A stretch of 63,740 bases of DNA, filler included, from Globobulimina sp. (taxonomy: Eukaryota): NCBI GenBank assembly GCA_003354225.1. It is 25 parts of 25 records of this genome, joined end to end, with 100 filler letters (N's around TTAATTAATTAA, not from the genome) between each part and the next. Parts side by side here need not be neighbours in the genome. Positions count along the whole stretch, not along the records: positions 51,081 to 53,532 come from PIVH01006616.1; positions 53,633 to 56,084 come from PIVH01006617.1; positions 56,185 to 58,636 come from PIVH01006618.1; positions 58,737 to 61,188 come from PIVH01006619.1; positions 61,289 to 63,740 come from PIVH01006620.1; 20 more parts are not named here. One strand, written 5' to 3'. The position numbers and the translations under genes were made by a program. Within the stretch, counting starts at the first letter, position 1. Every line of letters begins with the position of its first letter. The notes below the pieces were generated by a model. The model was given only the letters and a program-made list of their open reading frames with translations. It made no database searches and was not told the origin of the DNA. Positions 52,109 through 61,759 of this stretch are shown here, one piece after another.

Positions 52109-52332
52109 AATCAGTGGTCATAAGACTTGATGGTTGAATAATAAATTTATTTATTTTTCTCTTTATAATGATCAAAAATCAGTGGTCATAAGACTTAATA
52201 TTTGATATAATAAAAAATTATCAGCAAAATCAGTGGTCATAAGACTTAATATTTGCATGTAAAATATACTTTTCTTTTGTCTTTTTATAATAATTATCAA
52301 AATCAGTGGTCATAAGACTTGATATTTGATAT
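52109..52332. repeat. Four copies of AATCAGTGGTCATAAGACTT with variable AT-rich spacers
   Basis: Identical 20-mers at 52109, 52177, 52228 and 52301 (periods 68, 51, 73). Confidence 0.9.
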
Positions 52333-52350
52333 AAAAAAAAATTTAAATCT

Positions 52351-53007
52351 TTAATTAATACTACATGATCCTTCCATGAAATCATAAACTCGATTGTAGG
52401 ATTGATATCCGTCATCCACTACTAACCGTCTCGAATATTCTTCGAAGTCATCCAAATTTCCATCTTCTTCGAAGTCATCCCAATTTCCATCTTCTTCGAA
52501 GTCATCCCAATTTCCATCTTCTTCGAAGTCATCCAAATTTCCATCTTCTTCGAAGTCATCCAAATTTCCATCTTCTTCGAAGTCATCCCAATTTCCATCT
52601 CCATCCAATACAATATCATTCCTCCAATATTCAGCGCCATTGATAGGTTTGATATATAAGCTATCAATTGTTATGTAGTCTGGAGTGAATATTGCTGTTT
52701 TGCCTTCCCAATACTCAGAAGCATAACCAATAATATCACCATTAATACATTCATATTCTGCTGCGTTCCGTAAATTTTGGTACGCAGTACATTCATAAAT
52801 AAGTTGATTATGCAATAATGTTATACTTACTTCAGAAAATAATGTTGCTTCTCTAATTTGAATACCAAAGTAATCAATGAGATTTGTTTGACCGCCACAT
52901 GTTGTAGGTTGTGCAATATCTTCTGCGTTGTCTGCTGGCTCTTCCGAACCTACTAATGATATGAATGTCAATAATGATGACATTAACAATGTGTTGAAAT
53001 TCATCAT
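52351..53007 (-). CDS. Secreted acidic protein with 6 x DGN(W/L)DDFEE repeats
   Basis: Signal peptide. 27-bp tandem repeat at 52438-52599. RRL motif after the repeats. Confidence 0.8.
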   Translation of the reverse strand: MMNFNTLLMSSLLTFISLVGSEEPADNAEDIAQPTTCGGQTNLIDYFGIQIREATLFSEVSITLLHNQLIYECTAYQNLRNAAEYECINGDIIGYASEYWEGKTAIFTPDYITIDSLYIKPINGAEYWRNDIVLDGDGNWDDFEEDGNLDDFEEDGNLDDFEEDGNWDDFEEDGNWDDFEEDGNLDDFEEYSRRLVVDDGYQSYNRVYDFMEGSCSIN

Positions 53008-53092
53008 GTTTTAATTGAATTGAATTGACGATTAAGTTTTGGAAACGAAAATTTGTGAAGAGATTAAGTGAGTGGATTTCTTTGGGCTTTGG

Positions 53093-53146
53093 TTGTTTTT
53101 TTGAAGTTGGAAAAGTTGTCAGGTTAAATTGTTTGATTTATCAATC
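53093..53146. repeat. 54-bp perfect inverted repeat of 51106-51159
   Basis: Direct sequence comparison. Confidence 0.9.
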
Positions 53147-53632
53147 TGAATTATGATAATTAAAGCTAAATTTAGCGAGACAATTGCATAATTGTCGGCT
53201 TTAGTAAGTTTGCACTAAATCACTGCAGCTGGGGAATTTCGGCATAAAATATTTTTATCATAAACTGGAGATATTTTATGATAAAAAAAACGGTGATTCA
53301 AAGTAATTGCTTTTGCACATCATATAATATTAAACCATATATTCAGTTGAAGAATAAAAACAACACAGCCATTCACTATAAAATCTACATTGATAATATT
53401 CCTCTCCTCCAATTGAACCCTTCCATAAATAATCCCTCGTTTCGTGGCCTTTTGTGTATACCATAATTTCAAATAACATACAAAGATATCATGCAAAATA
53501 TGGAATATTGTACTACGAGAGAGAGAGAGAGANNNNNNNNNNNNNNNNNNNNNNNNNNNNNNNNNNNNNNNNNNNNTTAATTAATTAANNNNNNNNNNNN
53601 NNNNNNNNNNNNNNNNNNNNNNNNNNNNNNNN

Positions 53633-55055
53633 TATTATTGCCATTGTCATACTGCTCAAGTAATGCATTAATGTCATCTTCATTTATTTGTGCGCTTAAC
53701 TTGCGCACTCTTTCCACACTCATTTCAATCGCAGATTGCTGTTTGATTGCCGTCGCCGTCGCCCTTGCAACTGGCACCGATGCAGACAATGGCGATATAG
53801 AGATAGACACAGACACAGATTGTGGTGATGGTGAATGTGGGGTAGATTGACGGGATAAGTTACTGGCCACAGAATTGATTGAGTTATGTCTCTCGGCAAC
53901 ACGCAATTTATTATTCATTAACACGGGCTGTGCATTGACTACATTTCTATCATTTAATTTAAACAAATCGAAGCTATTATTGCTTTTATTTGGATTTTTA
54001 TGGTAATTTATAATCTCATCATTTGTATACATTATACAGTCTCTTAACCGCTGCAATGAATCGTCTTTGTGATCATTGCGTTGTTGCTGATTATAATGAT
54101 ATAAAAAGCAATGGATTACATTCAATACATAGAACAATTGCGGCTTAAATGATTGGTTATGTATATTTATCATACATTTGCAAGGGGTTTGTATGCATTT
54201 ATTGGATTGTGAGTGCTTTATAATAGAGGCGATTTCCAAAGAAATAATTCGTAGCTCAAAAATGTTGTTATTATTACAATGTATCTCCAATAAATGACAA
54301 TAATCATTAATTAATGATTTTAAATCGTATTTATTTCCTATATTAAGCTCATTGTTGATGATATTCCATGCCTCAAATGCATGGAATGAGTCCTTTTAAA
54401 TATGGAAGCGTTTGATTGTATATCCGATCCTTGCACATATATTGTATACCTTTGATGATTGGAGCATTTTGTGATGATAAATCTGCGATATTTTAATGAT
54501 ACGTAATAGATTTGGACAGGATTTAGTCGGTGTACCTTTTGTGCATTGTGCATTCATGAAATTTATTTCGTTTTCTTTATAATCGTCATCACGAAAAACG
54601 TTTGTGTTTGATGCATTTTGTACGCGTATTTGTTTAAATTGCTTCTCAAGAGTTTGAATACGTGTTTTAAGCATTTTTATTTCCTCACTACTACATTGTT
54701 TAAGGATATCTATTTGCCGTTGTAATTCATGATAATTATCCATATTATTTATGTTATTACTATTTGCATTTGCAGCATTTGATGGATTTGCATTATTTAC
54801 ATTGCCATATATCATTTGATTGCTTTTTATTGGGCGATTTTTTGGTGATGAATTATTTGATGGAAATACTGGATTTAAATTTGAATGCGATGTGATAGAG
54901 GTTTCTGTATTGAATCCCCTGTAACTATACTGAAATTCTGGTTGTTCTGAGTTTGTAAAATTGTGCTGTTTATCAGTCTTTACATCTTGTCCTAGCAAAT
55001 GAACATCGTTCAATTGAACGCGGTTTGGTACATTAGATTGGAAACAATTTCCCAT
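53633..55055 (-). CDS. Hypothetical protein with an MGNC N-acylation motif, probably spliced, 3'-partial
   Basis: MGNCFQS start at 55055, a coiled-coil segment, and a second ORF at 53633-54290 on the same strand. Confidence 0.55.
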
Positions 55056-55095
55056 TCTACCCAAAAAAACCCTCAACAACCTTATATTATTCAAC

Positions 55096-56084
55096 ATGGG
55101 TTTAACATTATATCTGTTAATTATATCATTTTTAACATTTATGTGTGCGCTCTCAAAATCAAATGCGCTCATTGGTTGGCTAGCGTTATATGCAACATAT
55201 ACACAAGCATTGCTACGGCCGTATATGGTACAATATTTACCGAATGCATTAGTGGTTTTCATTTATAGTTTCTCTCGGAACATATATTTAAAATGTTTAG
55301 CGAAATGCAGAGTTTATAATTGTAACCATTTGCATGATGACGCAGAAAGTCGTGAAATTACTGTGATGGGTTTAACATTTCGAAATGATTTAGGAAATGC
55401 AGCTGGTTTGGATAAAGATGGCTCGTTATTGAATTTAGCATTTGAAATGGGTGCGGGGTTCGGTGTTGTTGGTACTGTATTAAACCGGAAACATAGCGGC
55501 AATTTGCCTATGATGAAATTATTTAATTGTATACCGTTGGGTCGGTATAATCCGTGGGTACCATTACCATTTTCGCGAAGTGGCTTAAATTCATTAGGTT
55601 TACCATCAAAAGGCGTTGACGAAGCAATTAAAAATATATTAATGTTTAAACAAAAGAATCAGAACAAGATTAAAAAATTTCCGATCGGAGTTAGTATTAT
55701 GGGCCATCCGTTGGATAACAATGACCCTCCAAAGAAATTGCAAGGTGTTCTGGAATGTGTAGAAAAATGTTGCTCCTCACAAGCCGCGGATTTCATCGAA
55801 ATAAACGAATCGTGTCCCAATGTGCAACATGGTGCGCACGGCCAATCTCAAGAGGAAGTTAGGAAACTATTAAAAGAGCGATTAAGTGCAATTATTAATT
55901 GTCGGAATGCTATTTGTAAACAGAAAGATATTAAAAATATACCAATTTTAGTGAAATTAGGTTCTTTGGGTGATGCTGAAAGTGAAATAATCGAAGGTAT
56001 TAAATTTATCGCAGATTGCAATGTCGATGGTATTGTTGCAGTAAACACACAAAAAGATTATGAAACTTATTTGCCAAATTTACC
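55096..56084 (+). CDS. Dihydroorotate dehydrogenase, 3'-partial
   Basis: GLTFRNDLGNAAGLDKDG, GFGVVGTV, NSLGLPSKG, FIEINESCPNV, PILVKL and DGIVAVNT. Confidence 0.9.
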
Positions 56085-56247
56085 NNNNNNNNNNNNNNNN
56101 NNNNNNNNNNNNNNNNNNNNNNNNNNNNTTAATTAATTAANNNNNNNNNNNNNNNNNNNNNNNNNNNNNNNNNNNNNNNNNNNNAAAATAGTTAAAATAT
56201 AACATATAAAATATATATATTATAATAATACACATTGACATATGCAG

Positions 56248-58448
56248 CGAATCAGAAGCAGCTATGATGAGCAATAAATTGCAAGCATCCGATGAGCAGC
56301 TAAGAGAGAATAAAAATATTATAAATGGTTTGAATAATGAATTGATGCAATTTAAACAAAATAATGAAGCCTTACAAAGACAAATTGATAATTTGCAAAC
56401 TGAAAAACAACAGATTCAAACTCAAAACGAGAATGAAAAGCCAGTACAAAATGAGATTGGCATTCAAACGAATCCAAACGAGCAAAATGAAGATGAGAGC
56501 GAACAAAAAGAAGGTAATCAAGCTTTGGATGCAAATGATTCACAAATAAGTTTAGAGAAATCAGCATCAAATGAAATGGAAGCAATCAAGGTACTGTTTC
56601 TGGCTTTGTTCATATTATACATTTGTAGCTGATATCATCCATACTTTAATAAAGAAACAATGCAAAGAAGAAGTGTCGAATTGGAAGTTAATGTATCAGG
56701 AATTAGAAAAAACATTATTTGAACACGTGACACAAAAACAAGAATTAAGCGAAGAGAGTGAGAGATTAAGAAATAACTTAAAAATCAGAGAGGAACAGTT
56801 AGAAAAAACAACTCTGAAAATAAGTAACTTCATGAATGATATTGAAATCTATGAAAATAATATCAATGAATTAAAGCATAAATTACAAAATGCGACAACC
56901 ACAAAAACAAAAACAAATGAAAATAATGATGAGAAATGGAAGAAAATCATTGCTCAAAAAGACAAAGAATTTTCCGAGATTTTAAAGGAAGGCGAAGAAT
57001 GGGCTTCAAACTGCCATAACTTAGAAAGCAAAATTAAAAAACTCTTGGATGGATTGACAGACCGAAACGAAGAAATCGATGATCTAAAACTCAAAATCAA
57101 TGAAAAAGAAGAACGTATTACCAACTTATTGGAAAATATCAATGCGAAAAAAACTGATACACAGTCCATTGAGGAGAGGAATAAATTGTTATTGAAACAT
57201 AATCAAGATACAAAATTAGAAAATGTACAGTTGATGGAACAAATAATTGCTTTAAAATCCAAAATGAAGCATGTTGAAAATGAGCGGGATGAATATGTTG
57301 AAATGATCGAGGAAAATAAAGACATTGTCAACAAATTAAATATGAAAATCAACCTCGAACGAGAAAGCATTCAAAGTTATAAATCTACGAAAGAGAAAGA
57401 GGAACATTTATTGAATGAATTGCGCGAATTACGCGAGGAAATGCAGCGCATTCAAAGTATGGAAAGGAAGAAATATGAACGGTTACAGCGGGAGAAAGAA
57501 GACGAGAAAAAGTTGCGTATCTCGGCAGAGAAACGCAATGAAGAATTATCGTTGGAGATCAGTAGCAGTACACAGCCGTTGTTGCGGCAGATGGAAAGCT
57601 TAAAAAATTCACATGTTCAAAGACAAAAAATATGGGGCAATTTAGAAAAAGACTTGCGAGCTAAAATAAGGATATTGGAGAACGATTCGAATGAGAAAGA
57701 TAATAAAATGAATGCGATTTTAACCGATTTGGAAGATTATAAAATGAGGCAAAGTAAGATGGATATTATGAATAAGCGCTTGAAAGAAGAAAATAAAAGT
57801 TTTAAAGCAAAATGTCAGAATGTGGGGGATCAGTATGAAGAGATTCAAATAAAATATGAGGATGTCATGAATGATTATGAGATTTATGTGGAAAAAGTGA
57901 ATAATTTGGAAAGTGATAAGAAGAATATATCGAATCAATTGGTTAAATTTAACAAAGATTATGATTCGGAAAGGAATCGGTTGCAAAATATTTTGAATGC
58001 GGAAAATAAAAAAAGGGAAGAATTGCAAAAAACTATTACGATTTTACAGAATAAATTGCGGCAGTTTGAGAGTTATGGGGTTAATGTTGTAAACAGTGAG
58101 AAAATAAGCACACCGACGAAAGATAGCACTGATTTTTTGTTGATGAGTAATGGTGACGGCAATGGGAATAATAATATGTGGACAGTATCGAGAATGAAGA
58201 ATGAGTTACGACAGAAAGAGAATGATTTAAAATCGTTGAAAGAGAGATTGATACGGATACAGACAACAAATGATACGTTTTCCGACGAGATCGTTAAATT
58301 GAAATCACAAAATGAGACTTTATGTAAATATCATAATTTATACAAACATCAGTCGAAACAAATAAATGCATTGAAATTAAGATATGAAGCTGCTATTGAT
58401 ATTGTTATGGAAAAAGAGAAACGAATCCAGGAATTGTCACATATTTGA
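56248..58448 (+). CDS. TMF1: TMF1/Sgm1-like golgin, 5'-partial
   Basis: Long coiled coil with ILKEGEEW, RNEELS.EISSSTQPLLRQMESL...W..LE and RYEAAIDIVMEK. Intron 56591-56628. Confidence 0.8.
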
Positions 58449-58479
58449 TTAGGTTTATTTTATTTTTTGTTTTTTTCCC

Positions 58480-58567
58480 AAGATTACTGAACTTCATTGC
58501 TTAAAAATCTTTTTACTCTCACACTTAAAATTAACTTTTTCTAAAAGCAAGGAAGTTCAGTAATCTT
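58480..58567. repeat. 88-nt hairpin with 23-bp arms and one mismatch
   Basis: AAGATTACTGAACTTCATTGCTT pairs with AAGCAAGGAAGTTCAGTAATCTT. Confidence 0.85.
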
Positions 58568-58898
58568 TGATGGCTTCCAGTTCCAAGAAACAAAACAGTG
58601 AGATGACAGTATCATCGTTCATTAGAAAAATTTCTCNNNNNNNNNNNNNNNNNNNNNNNNNNNNNNNNNNNNNNNNNNNNTTAATTAATTAANNNNNNNN
58701 NNNNNNNNNNNNNNNNNNNNNNNNNNNNNNNNNNNNCGTATTAATTAAAAATGAGATATTTGTGTTCTTTGTATGGCTATGATATTGATATGCAAATGCC
58801 GTATATGCCACGCCCAAACTTATTAGATAATGCATAATTTATTCAATATTACAGAATTTAAAAATATATCTGTCGGATTTTGATAATTATTGTCGGGT

Positions 58899-60961
58899 TT
58901 ATTTAATATAAATGATTGCCAAAACGTACGCAAAAAAGGTATTTTTTAAATCCTGTAATCTGATAATATAGAAATGTAACACTATATACCTTAAACATTG
59001 TCCATTTAAATCTGATTTTATTTGTGCTCCGGAAATGGTCCATTGTTGATTTTTTGCATCAGAGTCAGTGCTCGATTTACAAGCCCATTCATCGATATTT
59101 GGCCCTGATTCGCCAAAAATATCTAAACACGAATTATCTGTGGATTGGAACTCTTTTCCTTGATATGTCCACTGTTGATGCCTGTCATTAGCATTACATT
59201 GTGCTGTTTTTACGGGATCACTGTTACCATTCGACACCACACATCTTGCATTGCCATAAGCAGTCGCCTGTAATAACTTCGTTGACGAATCATATCTCCA
59301 CTGTTGATTCTTGTCATTACCGTCGCAGCCGGCTATCATTAACGAAGTGCCATTGACAGCGGTCAATGGTATCTCATGACCGAGTTGAATAGGACTAACA
59401 TTGTGTATGTTTTAGAAACATTTACAAATATTAACAGAAACAAGAAACGCACCTTTCCATCAACGGATATTCGCCATATTGAGATAAAATATTATGTAAT
59501 TTCATTAAATGAGTTTTTTTAGGCTCATTGGCAAGGCCGTCAGCATGGTAATTTACACCATCAGCGTAATAATTTGAAATTCCTGATCCTGCAGTCCATG
59601 ATACATGATTTCCACCGTACCACATGTAATAATTATGATGTGCTGCACCGGCGGCGAACCAAATGGCTACGCTATATGCCATATCTTGGGGAGACCTATT
59701 TGCCCAATTCGCAGAATTTGGATCATATGCACTGATGTAAATATATTATAATTGATTATTGGAAGCTGTGTGCATTAATACGAAAATAAACAACATACGT
59801 TGTCCAATCCTTGATATTCAGTCAAAAAATATGTTGTTTATGTAATAATTTATAACAAAAAAAAATACCTGGAACCATCCTTCGTTCTGGATAGATATTT
59901 ATAATATTGATATGGATGTATTTTTAATATGAAAAAAAAACAAATACCTCGGTCCATCCTAAAGGTTGTCCCGGATACTTTGAACCATGTGATTTTGCAT
60001 AATTATAACAATTATTGCCATTGCAAGTATTTATTGTGTCTGATGCACTCATACCATTGCTATTATTGGTACAATCACAGAGGTTTCAAATGCAAATTAG
60101 AAATATATACCTACCACATCACCCAACTTACGTCCATATTTAATGAAGTAACTAATCGGCCACACCAATTTATATAGGCTTGCGAGCCTCCGTATTCATT
60201 TTCGATTTGTGCGAGTATGATAGGCCCGCCATTTCTGGCTAAATATGGTTCTGAGATCCTTGCAATTTCTTCAACAAACGTTTGCATATAATCTTCCCAC
60301 TGAATATGTAAATATATTGGTATATGGTAAGTAGATATATGTAATATATTAGAAACTGAACAGGTTTATTATCTGCACGGAATTCTATGCCAGGTACATG
60401 TAATAACCATGTTGGTAAACCACCAAATGACCTTTAAATTAATAATAGGGTTATAATTATATATATAACATAATAATTGACATACCATTCAGCACAGACA
60501 TATGGTCCAATACGCAAATTAACAAATAATCCGACCTCGGCTGCCATTGCTAAGAAACCTGTTAAATTGGCACGGCCCTCGTAATTATATGTATGCTTAC
60601 CACTAAAATCATATTGCTCTTCATGTAAATTCCAAAATACATATATTTCTGCATGGTTTAATCCATCATTTAACATTTTGGTTAAAATATCTTTCCATTG
60701 CCCTGGCGATAAACGAGGATAATGCACTGTGTATTTATGAACATGTCATATATTTTATGGCACATTAAATTGGTAGATTTACATACCCGATCCGCCCAAT
60801 AATAGGGTTCTTTTGCCATTTATAACCCAACTACGCTCATCTGCTGCAACGGTGTAAGGTTTACCCCCAAGATCTTTATAAAGTAAAAATGGTCCAGTTT
60901 CTACTTGTGATTCACATGAGAGAAACAATACAGCTACAAAAAAAGCAAATGCTGCCATCAT
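58899..60961 (-). CDS. GH35 beta-galactosidase with a ricin-B lectin domain, many exons, 3' end uncertain
   Basis: Signal peptide. HYPR, YVFWNLHE, LRIGPYVCAEW, QIENEYG, WTENEGWFQ (spliced), NYYMWYGG and QxW repeats. Confidence 0.93.
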
Positions 60962-61016
60962 TATTCTCTTTCAGTTCTACTGAAAAGTGAAAACCTTCAA
61001 TCTAGACACAGAGACA

Positions 61017-61188
61017 ATGGAACATCAAATTGACGTTTGTTTGTCCCAACTCAATTGCAATGCAGTCACCTCACGAAGAGAAATTAAATTGATATTAAAA
61101 ATATTGTCAAACATAATAAATCATCCAAAGGAAACAAAATATCAATGTATCCATTTCGATCGAATAATTAAAAAACTTAACAATAACT
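61017..61188 (+). CDS. PUB-domain protein, 5' fragment
   Basis: LILKILSNIINHPKETKYQCI matches the PUB L.KI..NI...P...KY..I pattern. Confidence 0.65.
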
Positions 61189-61288
61189 NNNNNNNNNNNN
61201 NNNNNNNNNNNNNNNNNNNNNNNNNNNNNNNNTTAATTAATTAANNNNNNNNNNNNNNNNNNNNNNNNNNNNNNNNNNNNNNNNNNNN

Positions 61289-61620
61289 TGTGTGGTATGG
61301 AGTATGGGGGCAATTGCAATATAGTCTTCATTGGATATATCAATTAAAGTGTTGGATAATATGTCATCTGTGGATATCTGCTCTGTTCCCAATGGAGGTG
61401 GTGTGTTTTGGTGGTTGTTCGGGTTACAATGTAGTGAATGTTCGGCAGATTCGGAATCAGAGGATGTTAAAGGAGGAGGTGGGTCGTTTAACTCATAGGT
61501 TTTTGTGGGAGGTGGCGATGGTGTTGGACCTGTTGGTGAATTGCAGACATTGTTAACGTTTTTGTGGATTGAGTTGGAGGCGTAATTTGATAACAAATGA
61601 TAATCAATATTTTCATTCAT
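61289..61620 (-). CDS. Pro-rich hypothetical protein, 5' fragment
   Basis: Open from the ATG at 61620 to the contig edge. Confidence 0.4.
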
Positions 61621-61759
61621 TATATGGTTTATTGATGGCGGAAATAATACCCACGACACTTGAAACATCAAACGTTTTGCAGAAATACCTCACGTTGACA
61701 TGGTTTGTCCATTTAGTAGTGAAGTATTTCAAAAAACGTCAGGAAATTAATTCGCAAAC

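Noticed and set aside
52109-52332. CRISPR array call
   Set aside because: Only four short repeats, irregular periods, mutually similar AT-rich spacers, no cas genes and a eukaryotic context. Kept as a repeat finding instead.
51081-53532. Giant-virus origin of the SET-containing contig
   Set aside because: No viral hallmark genes. Small SET domains are also common in protists.
55096-55262. Apparent overlap of the minus-strand ORF 54396-55262 with DHODH
   Set aside because: The minus gene more plausibly starts at MGNC (55055), which removes the overlap.
2457-61288. Regularly spaced TTAATTAATTAA palindromes and any operon or system spanning them
   Set aside because: These are artificial linkers between length-sorted contigs, so cross-linker gene neighbourhoods are not real.
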